Below, piece by piece: positions 1-8,864 of a stretch of DNA of 64,000 bases; the stretch's first letter is position 1; the number at the start of each line of letters is the position of its first letter. The notes beneath the pieces are model-generated. The model was not told the origin of the DNA and did no database searches. It saw nothing but the letters and a program-made list of their open reading frames with translations. Source of the stretch: Bacteroidales bacterium (GTDB lineage Bacteria > Bacteroidota > Bacteroidia > Bacteroidales > ML635J-15); NCBI GenBank assembly GCA_963676165.1, contig OY781043.1, forward strand, positions 2,233,342 through 2,297,341, in the 5' to 3' direction. A program made the translations under genes and the position numbers.

Positions 1-611
1 ATTACACCAAAGGTTATATCGATGAAAAAGTACTGAATAATAAGCCTATCGATTTATTCCAGCGTTGGATAAAAGAGGTAGAAAGCATGCAAATTCCGGA
101 CTATAATGCAATGATTCTATCGACAACTGATCACTTGTTGCAAAGTCACAGCAGAGTTGTCTTGCTGCGTGAAATATTAGATGATGGCTTACAGTTTTAC
201 ACCAATTACCTGAGCAATAAGGGCAAAGAAATTCAAGGTTCAAACCGAGTTAGTTTACTCTTCTACTGGGCAGGCTTACAACGGCAAGTTCGCATTGAAG
301 GTCGAATAAAAAAATCGAGCAAAACCGCTTCAGACAAGTATTTTGAAACACGCCCAAGGGCATCACAAATCAGTGCATGGGCTTCAGATCAGAGTCAAGC
401 ACTTATTTCCAACGAAGCTTTCAAGCAAAAGCTCAATGAAATAGAGACAAAATACAAGAACAAACGCATACCACGTCCTGATTTTTGGGGTGGCTATATT
501 GTCACTCCAGAATTGTGGGAGTTTTGGCAAGGACAACCAGCGCGTTTGAATCAGAGATTTTTGTATGAAATAAATGGCAAATCATGGAAGATCTCTCAAT
601 TGCAACCATAA
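1..611 (+). CDS. pdxH: pyridoxamine 5'-phosphate oxidase (N-terminus at or beyond window start)
   Basis: Frame is open from nt 3 (YTKGYIDEKVLNNKPIDLFQRWIKEVE...), upstream of the listed Met. PdxH-like motifs are present: LLFYWAGLQRQVRIEG, RPDFWGGY, WEFWQG, RL..R. Confidence 0.9.
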   Translation, partial: YTKGYIDEKVLNNKPIDLFQRWIKEVESMQIPDYNAMILSTTDHLLQSHSRVVLLREILDDGLQFYTNYLSNKGKEIQGSNRVSLLFYWAGLQRQVRIEGRIKKSSKTASDKYFETRPRASQISAWASDQSQALISNEAFKQKLNEIETKYKNKRIPRPDFWGGYIVTPELWEFWQGQPARLNQRFLYEINGKSWKISQLQP

Positions 612-677
612 AAAAAGCAGGAACTTTCATTCCTGCTTTTCAGTATTTTTCATTGACAGAATTAGTTAATCATAATT
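576..677. repeat. 102-bp direct repeat, copy 1 (pdxH last 11 codons + stop + terminator + last codons of the convergent gene)
   Basis: Manual alignment with 1324-1425 gives 95/102 identical with no gaps. Confidence 0.9.
617..640. terminator. intrinsic terminator hairpin after pdxH
   Basis: GCAGGAA-cttTca-TTCCTGC followed by TTTT, with an A-run upstream, so it could act in both directions. Confidence 0.6.
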
Positions 678-1323
678 ATACTGTTTACGAAATTGGGGAC
701 ACCAAATTTTGGCACTTCATTAAATTAACATTTACCATTTCCACCAAAGGATAATTGTTCCTACAGCGCTTTCTTTCCGATCCCGAATCACAGGATGTTA
801 TTTTTAACTGTTCGGGATGAAAACGACTGTTATTCGTAAAGGTGTTTTCACGAAAGAATGCGGAGCAAGCAATATTCCCGTGGGGTAAACCACCAACGGC
901 AAGCAAACCTTTAATTCACTTTCTTTTCGGCAAAGAAAGTTCACAAAGAAACCTGGCGCTGACCCGCATTTTTCTATTAATCGGATATGTTTTCCGTGAC
1001 CCGCGAATCTCCTCGTACCTGCGGGTCGCGGCTCTAAAAACTCCAAACACACCTCGATTAATAACGAAAAATCCACGAAGGCGCCAGAACTCGTGTCTGG
1101 CTAAGGTGTTTTAAAAATAGTCTAAGGCTTCGTACTATGGATACTGCGTTTTAAAGTTTATAATCAAGCCTACAAAACATCATTAGGTTCCCTATTTAAA
1201 AACAAATTGATGTTTTATATTTTGCTATCAGGGCACCTAAACTCTCATACAAAAGCGACAAGCAGCAAATATCGTGGTGATTAGGCTTTTGTTGCATTGA
1301 AAGTGTCGCAAACAGGAAATGCT
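678..1323 (+). other. 646-bp non-coding, GC-enriched, hairpin-dense insert (candidate structured RNA or decayed element)
   Basis: Only short implausible ORFs. Stems at 780-787/811-818, 919-926/932-939, 994-1004/1021-1031, 1083-1088/1096-1101, 1255-1260/1304-1309 and 1262-1269/1288-1295. Two of these stems contain T:G pairs that are wobble-compatible only if the plus strand is transcribed. Confidence 0.35.
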
Positions 1324-1425
1324 GGCAATTCGTGGAAGATTTCCCAATTGCAGCCATAAAAAAAACAGGAACTTTCATTCCTGCTTTTCAGTATTTTTCA
1401 TTGACAGAATTAGTCAATCATAATT
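1324..1425. repeat. 102-bp direct repeat, copy 2 (orphan pdxH 3' stub GNSWKISQLQP* + terminator + true 3' end of the T9SS fragment)
   Basis: 95/102 identical to 576-677. 5 of the 6 differences inside the pdxH stub (5 of 7 across the whole repeat) are synonymous third-codon-position changes. Confidence 0.9.
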
Positions 1426-1844
1426 CTGCGAGTTGCAGTTTCGCCTTTTACAGTTTCAATGCGAAGCAAGTAAACTCCATCGTTAAGCATATCAAGGTTC
1501 ATAGAAACTTGAGTAGAATTCAATTCTGCTTCACGATAAACAGCTTGTCCAATCATATTGAAAACAGTCACTGATTCCAAACGATTGTCAGCATTCAAAT
1601 ACACATTTCCGTTGCTTACAGGGTTAGGATACACTTCCAAACCAGAGATATTGTTGCTTCCAACACTAGCAAGACCTTTCACAAAGTCATCAGCATCACG
1701 AGGGAGAATTTCATATGAATCGTAAGAATAATCCACACAACCAGTCAACTGGTAAGTACTATCTGGTGTTGGAGTCATATCGTCCCAGTAACTATAAAGA
1801 ACATCATCAACACGAAGATTACCAGATCCATCATTTGCAAAAAT
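1410..1844 (-). pseudogene. 5'-truncated remnant of a T9SS-secreted protein (C-terminal sorting domain only)
   Basis: The C-terminus YPNPVSNGNVYL...GVYLLRIETVKGETATRRIMID is a T9SS CTD. The frame is open upstream to a stop at about 1845 with no signal peptide and no plausible start. Confidence 0.55.
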
Positions 1845-2009
1845 TTAATTTATTACCGCAATTTATTCATCTACTCTCTGTGCAAAATTATGGATTATTC
1901 TTTAATTCACCTTGCAATTTATAAACTTAAACATAAATTAACAAAATCCTTTGGTTAAGCTCACAAATTACTTGACTAATTCATTGTTAACTATTGAATT
2001 AATCACCGT

Positions 2010-4073
2010 TTAAGCATAGATTTTAACTCGCGGTAAATCGATAAAAATTTTTGTTCCTTTTTCAAGTTCAGATTCCACATGGATTTCCCCTTGCATCGCA
2101 TTAATCGCCATTTTACAAAAAGCCAAACCTAGTCCATGAGAAGTGTACCTCTCATCAGTATGCGCCTGAACATCTGACACATAATCATCAAACAAATGTA
2201 TTTGTTTCTCAGGTGATATTCCATAACCATTGTCTTCCACAACAATACGGAAAGCAGGCACTGAATTTAACACAAACTTTTCAGCATAAATGACAATTTC
2301 TGATTCTTCAGGGGTATGCTTAATTGCATTATCAATTAAATTGTCAAATACACGCGACAACAAAGCCGCATCTGCATAAACAGTTACATTTTCATTCACA
2401 GTGGATTCTAATCTAATTTGCTTGACATCTGCTCTGAATTTCAATTGTAAAATGCTAGATTTTAGAAGAAAAGCCACATTAACAGGAGCTGCATTCACTT
2501 TCATTTCCGCCATTTCAAGTTTCCGAATATCAAGCAAATTAAGTACAAGCATTTGCATGCGAATAGTGGATTCTTTGACGATACGAACAAAGTTTGCATC
2601 GGGAGATTCAATGACATCTGTTAAGTGTAAAATTGTCCCGATTGGAGCTTTCAAATCGTGAATTAGCATATGAGACAATCGTTCTTGATACATTTGTAAT
2701 GATTTCATTTCGCGATTATTCTCTTCAACTTTTGCAGCATTATCTTTAAGGTTATCATTTTGAGCTTTTAATTCTTTTGTCCGCTCATCCACCATTAGCT
2801 CAAGCTTTTCATTCATTCCTTGAAGCTTAATTGTCATCTCAAGACATTTCTTTTTCTCATTGATAGCTTCTTTCACCAAAGCATATTCTTGAATTAAAAT
2901 AAACACAAACAGTCCATAATGTGCAATGTAAATTGAGTTGATGTATCCGAGAGTTAGAAACACATCATTCAAGCCACCAAATAATACAACAAGCATTGAA
3001 ATCAATGTCACAAAACCACCTTTTCTATTTCTGAGTAAGACATGTCCTAACACATGAAAATAAAGATAAAAAACAATAACACTAAGCACAATAAGACTTA
3101 GAAAAACATATTTTGTTATTGCATAAGTGGAAAAGAACACAATAAAAACAGCATTAATTGCATACAATACTGATAATATTTTCAAAACAATCTGCTTGTT
3201 TTCCTTTGGATAAAGTTCATTAAAATAATAAACAACAATCAGGGGTAATATGTATGCAAAGAAATGAGCGATTTTAAGAAAATAGCTAAGTGAAAGATTA
3301 GGAACAATATAATAAATCAATCGTCCTTCATTGGTAATTGCCAAGAAAAAGGCAAAAAGTGAAAGGGCTGTGAAAATGAGGTTTTTTCTATCCTTATACA
3401 GTATCGTTTTCAAAAAATGATAAAGGAATATCATGAGTAGAATTCCAGAGACCAAAGCTTGCCAAAATAACAAGCGATGAGATTTCTGCATTATTTTATC
3501 TGCAAGTCCAAAACTAACAAAGTCTGTCATTCCTCCATTTGACATATGAAAGTTTGAGACATGCACAACAACATGATACACGTATAAATGGTCTGATTCA
3601 TGGATTGCCTCGTTGAGGAACACGTGTTTATGCTCTAATGAAGGAATGGTAGATGACTTGTCTGTGCCAGGTTTGCCTTGCGACATGATCAACTCGCCAT
3701 TGACATACACAGCCATACTGGAACCAGCAGGCTTAATATTCATAGCAAAGTTCTGGTTAGCATTATCAAGGAGAATTTTAAGGTAATAAGTTGCATAACC
3801 CAACTCAGGATAACTTTTACTTTTAGGTTGATTACTCCAGGGTGCAGGTGTCTCAATAAGCTGAAAATCGGCATCTTGATCCATAGCATAAAACTCTGGA
3901 TCAAGCTGTTGATCAAAAACAAATTTCCATGTCCCATTAACCGGCACAATCGGATTTCCCTCAAAATTCCATCCACGCAAATCCAACACTCCATCTTTTA
4001 ACAGAGTATTTTCAGAAGCAGAAATAAAACCGGCAAAAAGAAGACTAATTACACCTAAAACTATCGCTCTCAT
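2010..4073 (-). CDS. sensor histidine kinase with 7TMR-DISM-type extracellular and 7-TM input
   Basis: Signal peptide, then an extracellular domain (LDLRGWNFEG..VNGTWKF), about 7 TM helices, a coiled coil, H-box HDLKAPIG, and ATPase boxes DNLIDNAIKHTP, DNGYGI, GLGLAFCK. Confidence 0.85.
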   Translation of the reverse strand: MRAIVLGVISLLFAGFISASENTLLKDGVLDLRGWNFEGNPIVPVNGTWKFVFDQQLDPEFYAMDQDADFQLIETPAPWSNQPKSKSYPELGYATYYLKILLDNANQNFAMNIKPAGSSMAVYVNGELIMSQGKPGTDKSSTIPSLEHKHVFLNEAIHESDHLYVYHVVVHVSNFHMSNGGMTDFVSFGLADKIMQKSHRLLFWQALVSGILLMIFLYHFLKTILYKDRKNLIFTALSLFAFFLAITNEGRLIYYIVPNLSLSYFLKIAHFFAYILPLIVVYYFNELYPKENKQIVLKILSVLYAINAVFIVFFSTYAITKYVFLSLIVLSVIVFYLYFHVLGHVLLRNRKGGFVTLISMLVVLFGGLNDVFLTLGYINSIYIAHYGLFVFILIQEYALVKEAINEKKKCLEMTIKLQGMNEKLELMVDERTKELKAQNDNLKDNAAKVEENNREMKSLQMYQERLSHMLIHDLKAPIGTILHLTDVIESPDANFVRIVKESTIRMQMLVLNLLDIRKLEMAEMKVNAAPVNVAFLLKSSILQLKFRADVKQIRLESTVNENVTVYADAALLSRVFDNLIDNAIKHTPEESEIVIYAEKFVLNSVPAFRIVVEDNGYGISPEKQIHLFDDYVSDVQAHTDERYTSHGLGLAFCKMAINAMQGEIHVESELEKGTKIFIDLPRVKIYA

Positions 4074-4236
4074 ATCTGAGCGAAAGATAAATAATTTTTA
4101 CGGAATTATCCTAAACATAAGCTGCTATTATAATATAGGGACTCTAACCACAGTCAGTTACAGTATTTTACAGTCTTGTGTGGTTAAATATTTAATATCA
4201 CAAATACTTTCAATATGATGATAAAAATTTAAAACA

Positions 4237-4899
4237 CTAAAAAAACAATGGTTGAGGTTTAATAATTATTCCAGAATCATCTTTATACATCTCTACAATT
4301 AATTTTGAAACTTCTGTCATAAAATTTGTATAAGTGTTTTCAGACATCGTACCAGCTTTGTTTAAATTTGCAATACTGGGACCCGTTATTCCGACAGTTC
4401 TCATACTAAAAGTAACTTCCGCTTTATCAAAAATAACTGATGCTGTAATCTGTTGTGGAGTATTCAATTTTGCACCCCACTTTGCACTTTTTATTCTCAT
4501 CATCAACCTACACCCAACACCATATTTCAAGTAATTATTCTCACAATATATAGATCCATGTTGCAAAAACTCTACAACAGTAACCTTCTCTCTTTCTCCA
4601 AATTCCAAATTAAAAAAGCCAAGTAATCCTAATTTCTCTTCATCTCCTTTTCCAAACTCATATGTTTCAACAATGACACCATCTTTCAAATCCTTTATAC
4701 TTTTAGGAGCTTTAGACATGCACTTAATAAACTTGGCTGGGACATCCGGGAAATTGGGAACAATTGTATTATCCCCTTCATCAAAATCAACAAATACTCC
4801 TTTATTATCAATATCAGTGTGCTTTAAAACATTGGAATAACTATCAGCAATTTTCAACATTTCTCCTTCAAGATTAATTTTTGCGGCCTTTTTCATCAT
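4237..4899 (-). CDS. hypothetical protein (no recognised family, no signal peptide)
   Basis: Long ORF filling the gap between flanking genes; no motif recognised. Confidence 0.45.
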   Translation of the reverse strand: MMKKAAKINLEGEMLKIADSYSNVLKHTDIDNKGVFVDFDEGDNTIVPNFPDVPAKFIKCMSKAPKSIKDLKDGVIVETYEFGKGDEEKLGLLGFFNLEFGEREKVTVVEFLQHGSIYCENNYLKYGVGCRLMMRIKSAKWGAKLNTPQQITASVIFDKAEVTFSMRTVGITGPSIANLNKAGTMSENTYTNFMTEVSKLIVEMYKDDSGIIIKPQPLFF

Positions 4900-5031
4900 A
4901 CATTTTTTTGATTATTATTAAACGAAATCACAAACATGCAGTTTATTTACTTCGACAATATACAAAAATCAACGAAAAAAAACAAATAGTAATCTACACC
5001 CAACACAAAAAATCAGAATCAGAGCATACAT

Positions 5032-6192
5032 TTAAAGTCTTGTATGCAATAATTTACGAACACGATGTGGTGTTAAGCTAGCAGTTTCACTAAGCGCATT
5101 AAAACCCGGACGATGAGAAAAGCGATTCTCAATTTCATCGATAGTATTTTCGCCAATATTGTAATCAGCTAAACGTACTTTCATCCCAAGATCAATGAAA
5201 AACGCTTCGGTTTTTGCAATTGCTTGCTGAATAATTTCCTCATTACTTCCTGACTCAATTGACCAAACACGTTTAGCATATTGCAGCAATTTGGCTTTCT
5301 TTTCCTCGCGCATTTCATGCATAACAGCAGGTAAAACAATAGCTAAACTTGCAGCATGATCAACTCCATGCAATGCGGTTAGCTCATGTCCTATCATGTG
5401 AGTTGACCAATCCTCAGGACAACCAACTTTTATAATGCCACTTAAGGCCATACTTGCTTCCCACATAAGGTTTGCAGCATGATCATAATTATCTGGCTCA
5501 ACAAGAACTTTGGGACCAGTTTCTTTCAAAGTCAAAAGTACAGACTCCATCCATCTATCTTGCAATTCTGCATCCACAGGGTAAGTTAAGTATTGCTCCA
5601 TGACATGCACAAAAGCGTCTACAATACCGTTTCTCAGCTGCCTCTCTGGCAAGGAAGCCACAACACGTGGGTCTAACACTGAGAATTTTGGAAACACCAA
5701 AGGATGTCCAAAAGCCAACTTCTCTTTCAAAGCTGCTCTTGACACGACTGCATTCGAATTGACTTCACTGCCTGTTGCTGGTAAGGTAAGCACAGTTCCA
5801 AATGGCAATGCATCTTTTATTTTACCACCTTTTGCTAGAATATCCCAAGGATCTCCATCCTGATATTTTGCAGCCGCAGCTATAAATTTCACCCCATCGA
5901 TAACAGAACCACCACCTACAGCCAAGAGATAATCCACAGATTTGTCGTGAATTAAATCTACAGCTTTCATTAAAGTTTCATAGGTTGGATTTGGCTCTAT
6001 TCCACCAAATGTCAAAACATTATAGCCATCAAGAGCTGACATTACTTCATCGTAAACACCATTCTTCTTTATGGAACCTCCACCATAAAGCACTAGTAAA
6101 TTTGCATTTTGAGGAATTTCTTTGCTCAGTTTAGCAATTTGTCCATTGCCAAAATACACCTTGACAGGATTATAATATACGAAGTTATTCAT
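5032..6192 (-). CDS. iron-containing (group III) alcohol dehydrogenase, YqhD/BdhA-like
   Basis: N-terminus FVYYNPVKVYFG, GGGS.ID, and His-rich metal site motifs. Overlaps the lgt stop by 8 nt. Confidence 0.9.
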   Translation of the reverse strand: MNNFVYYNPVKVYFGNGQIAKLSKEIPQNANLLVLYGGGSIKKNGVYDEVMSALDGYNVLTFGGIEPNPTYETLMKAVDLIHDKSVDYLLAVGGGSVIDGVKFIAAAAKYQDGDPWDILAKGGKIKDALPFGTVLTLPATGSEVNSNAVVSRAALKEKLAFGHPLVFPKFSVLDPRVVASLPERQLRNGIVDAFVHVMEQYLTYPVDAELQDRWMESVLLTLKETGPKVLVEPDNYDHAANLMWEASMALSGIIKVGCPEDWSTHMIGHELTALHGVDHAASLAIVLPAVMHEMREEKKAKLLQYAKRVWSIESGSNEEIIQQAIAKTEAFFIDLGMKVRLADYNIGENTIDEIENRFSHRPGFNALSETASLTPHRVRKLLHTRL

Positions 6193-6991
6193 TTTGATAT
6201 TTTATTTTTTCACGTTTAAACGCTCTGATCATTAACCAGATACCAACAATAACAAAAGGAATGCTTAAAAGTTGACCCATGAGGAGTGGGAAATCCCAAT
6301 TTCCGGTTTCCATTTGAACAGTTTTGGTAAACTCAATGAAAAATCGGAAAGCAAAGACTGCAACAAAGAATAGCCCAGTAATCAAACCTTCTCTCCGGCC
6401 CCAATCTTTTTTGTAATACAATGCCAGCATAACAAAAAAGAACAAGAAATAGAAAATGGCTTCGTATAATTGGGTCGGATGACGAGGTAACTCATCCACA
6501 CGCTCAAAAATAAACGCCCAGGGCACTTGTGTAGGAATTCCCACAATTTCGTGATTCATCAAATTTCCAATACGAACGAATGAACCAGCTAAAGCTGCAA
6601 TGATTGCAAGCCTGTCGATAAGGTACAAAAAGGAAAACTCCTTCCGTTTACGTTGATACAACCACACTGCGATAAAAATACCCAGTGCACCACCATGACT
6701 TGCCAATCCACCTTCCCAGACCTTAAAAATTTCGAGAGGATTGCTCAAATAATATCCTGGGTTGTAGAAAAAACAGTGTCCCAAACGCAATCCGACAAGA
6801 ACACCGACAACAACGATAATAGCAAAGCGATCGACAATTTCCTGTTTCACACCTTCGCGTTTAGCAATTCGGCTATACACCAAATATGCCAATAAAAATC
6901 CCATAGCCAATAAAATGCCATACCACCTAACGCCTCTTGCGCCAAGCTGAAAAGCAACGGGATCAACTGTCCAATCAATGAATGCTAACAT
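6185..6991 (-). CDS. lgt: prolipoprotein diacylglyceryl transferase
   Basis: WYGILLAMGFLLAY, GGLASHGGALG, HPTQLYEA; polytopic membrane protein. Confidence 0.92.
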   Translation of the reverse strand: MLAFIDWTVDPVAFQLGARGVRWYGILLAMGFLLAYLVYSRIAKREGVKQEIVDRFAIIVVVGVLVGLRLGHCFFYNPGYYLSNPLEIFKVWEGGLASHGGALGIFIAVWLYQRKRKEFSFLYLIDRLAIIAALAGSFVRIGNLMNHEIVGIPTQVPWAFIFERVDELPRHPTQLYEAIFYFLFFFVMLALYYKKDWGRREGLITGLFFVAVFAFRFFIEFTKTVQMETGNWDFPLLMGQLLSIPFVIVGIWLMIRAFKREKIKYQNE

Positions 6992-7001
6992 AATTTTCTA
7001 T

Positions 7002-8786
7002 TTAATGGTTACCGTTAAATTTTCCTTCTGAAATTGTAATTGCTGTTTCTATCAATGCCAAATGCGAATATGCCTGAGGGAAATTCCCAAGCAAAGCTTT
7101 GGTTTCAAAATCGATATCTTCACTCAACAGACCTAAGTGATTTGTATATCCTAAAACACGCTCAAACATAGATTGCGCCTTTTGTTTTTCGCCAATTCGA
7201 TACAATGCCGCAATTAACCAAAAAGTACAAATGGTAAATGAAGATTTTGGAGTACCGAAGTCATCTTTGTTTTTGTATCGATACATCAAGCCATCACGAC
7301 TCAAAGCTTTTTCTGTGGCATAAACTGTTGATTTGTATTTTGGGTCATCCGCAGAAATAAATCCATAAGACTCCATCAATAAAGTGGAAGCATCTAAGTC
7401 TGAAGTCCCATAAGATTGAGTAAAAGCCTGAATGTTTTCATTCCACGCATTTTTCAGTACATCAGCTTTAATTTCATCGCGCAAAGCGGACCATTGCTTC
7501 ACATAATCAGACATTTGAATCATTTCAGCAATTTTCACTCCCCTATCCAAAGCAACCCAGCAAAGCACTTTTGAAAAGGTAAAATGTCGCTGTTCATTAC
7601 GGATTTCCCAAATTCCGCGATCAGGTTTTTGCCAATTGCTTTCAACAACTTTCATCATACTACGGGTAATAGTCCACAACTCCTCAGAGTTAGACAAACT
7701 CACGTCGTAGCGCTTAAACAACTGATAAATCACATCCACAACAACACCATAAATATCGTTTTGCTTTTGCTGATATGCAGCATTTCCAATACGTACAGGT
7801 CGGGATCCTTCATATCCTTCCAAATAATCGAGATGCTTTTCTGTCAATTTCTTTTCCCCATTAATTCCATACATAATTTGAATGGACTCATCTTTCACGG
7901 GGATAAGCTTAATGATGTAATTCAAATATCTTCGAGCAACATTCAAATGTCCCAAATTCACCAGCACCTTAATGGTCATAGAAGCATCCCTCAACCAACA
8001 AAATCGGTAATCCCAATTTCGCTCTTCACCAATAGTTTCAGGCAATGAGGTAGTTACAGCAGCTAGTATTGCACCTGTCGGATTATATGTCAACAACTTT
8101 AAGACTAAAGCAGAACGCAAAATTTCATCGTTGTATTTTTGATAGGATTGAGTACGATCTGACCAATTGAGCCAATACAGCTTTGTTCGTTCCATTTTCA
8201 AACAGGCACGATCGGTTGTCACCGGCTTAAGCTTCTGATGGTAAGACAACAAGACAAAAGCATCTTGCTCCAATGCAATTTCATCAGCATTCAAAATGGA
8301 TGCAAAATTGAAACTACTGTACAAATATCCAGAATCATAATCTCCGCTGTCAGTAAAGGATTTGATATAATCCGGATATATTTCCGACTTTGTTTCTCCC
8401 CCAGCATAATTCAAAGCGGGCTGATACAGAATACGAAAAACAGGCTTTCCTTTAACATGCTTAAAGTAGCGTATTACATCAGGAGGAGCATAGTATTCAT
8501 TGTTCTCAATCTTATAGCGAGGCATAAAATCAACAATTTCAAACGCATCTTCTCCATTATCAAAATGGGTAATCAATAAGTTGGTTTTCGCCAAATATTT
8601 CTGAGATACTTGGTATGCATCACTAAGTTCAATAGAAAACTCTCCTCCTTTTTTACGATCTAAGATTTTTGCAAAAATGGAAAGGCTATCAAACTTGGGC
8701 AAACACAACCATTCGATGCTACCTCGTTTCGATACTAAAGCTGCGCTGCGGCAATTTCCAATTACTCCGTAATCTAAGCTTTTCAT
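7002..8786 (-). CDS. glycoside hydrolase family 15 protein (glucoamylase/trehalase-like)
   Basis: GNCRSAALVS N-terminus, CWLRDAS motif, (alpha/alpha)6-type C-terminus ending FPQAYSHLALI. Confidence 0.88.
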   Translation of the reverse strand: MKSLDYGVIGNCRSAALVSKRGSIEWLCLPKFDSLSIFAKILDRKKGGEFSIELSDAYQVSQKYLAKTNLLITHFDNGEDAFEIVDFMPRYKIENNEYYAPPDVIRYFKHVKGKPVFRILYQPALNYAGGETKSEIYPDYIKSFTDSGDYDSGYLYSSFNFASILNADEIALEQDAFVLLSYHQKLKPVTTDRACLKMERTKLYWLNWSDRTQSYQKYNDEILRSALVLKLLTYNPTGAILAAVTTSLPETIGEERNWDYRFCWLRDASMTIKVLVNLGHLNVARRYLNYIIKLIPVKDESIQIMYGINGEKKLTEKHLDYLEGYEGSRPVRIGNAAYQQKQNDIYGVVVDVIYQLFKRYDVSLSNSEELWTITRSMMKVVESNWQKPDRGIWEIRNEQRHFTFSKVLCWVALDRGVKIAEMIQMSDYVKQWSALRDEIKADVLKNAWNENIQAFTQSYGTSDLDASTLLMESYGFISADDPKYKSTVYATEKALSRDGLMYRYKNKDDFGTPKSSFTICTFWLIAALYRIGEKQKAQSMFERVLGYTNHLGLLSEDIDFETKALLGNFPQAYSHLALIETAITISEGKFNGNH

Positions 8787-8864
8787 TATTCTATCGTTAA
8801 TTTATTCCCGTAAATATGGTCATGTGCTAAAATATTTGTATTTTTTGACAAAACCTGATGAATT

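Noticed and set aside
880-1106. RNase P RNA-like strings (GGTAAACCACCAACGGCAAGCAAACC at about 885-910; CCAGAAC...GGCTAAG at about 1084-1106)
   Set aside because: The universally conserved GGAAAGUCCGG and ACAGAA.CCGGCUUA elements are absent, and the spacing between the two strings (about 200 nt) is wrong for RNase P. I also looked for tmRNA, SRP and common riboswitch cores and did not find them.
678-1323. ORF-less group II (class C) intron inserted after a terminator
   Set aside because: There is no GUGYG-type 5' end on either strand and no 34-nt domain V with an AGC triad and GNRA loop. The GC-rich hairpin at 994-1031 has a 16-nt loop and sits mid-element. Introns also do not create 102-bp flanking duplications.
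685-1574. ORFs 685-906(-), 804-1076(-), 842-1114(+), 1196-1378(-) and 1332-1574(+) in and around the 646-bp insert
   Set aside because: They are short, mutually overlapping on both strands and compositionally odd (Arg/Pro/Leu-rich from GC-rich hairpins). One simply reads across the duplicated terminator. None looks like a real protein.
2401-4001. Antisense or alternative-frame ORFs inside the first histidine kinase gene (2401-2661, 3678-4001, 3740-3994)
   Set aside because: They are fully nested in a well-supported long CDS with low-complexity translations. The same reasoning rejects the nested ORFs inside the GH15, otsAB, 1298-aa, 1173-aa, 1572-aa, ABC, pbpC and transglutaminase genes.
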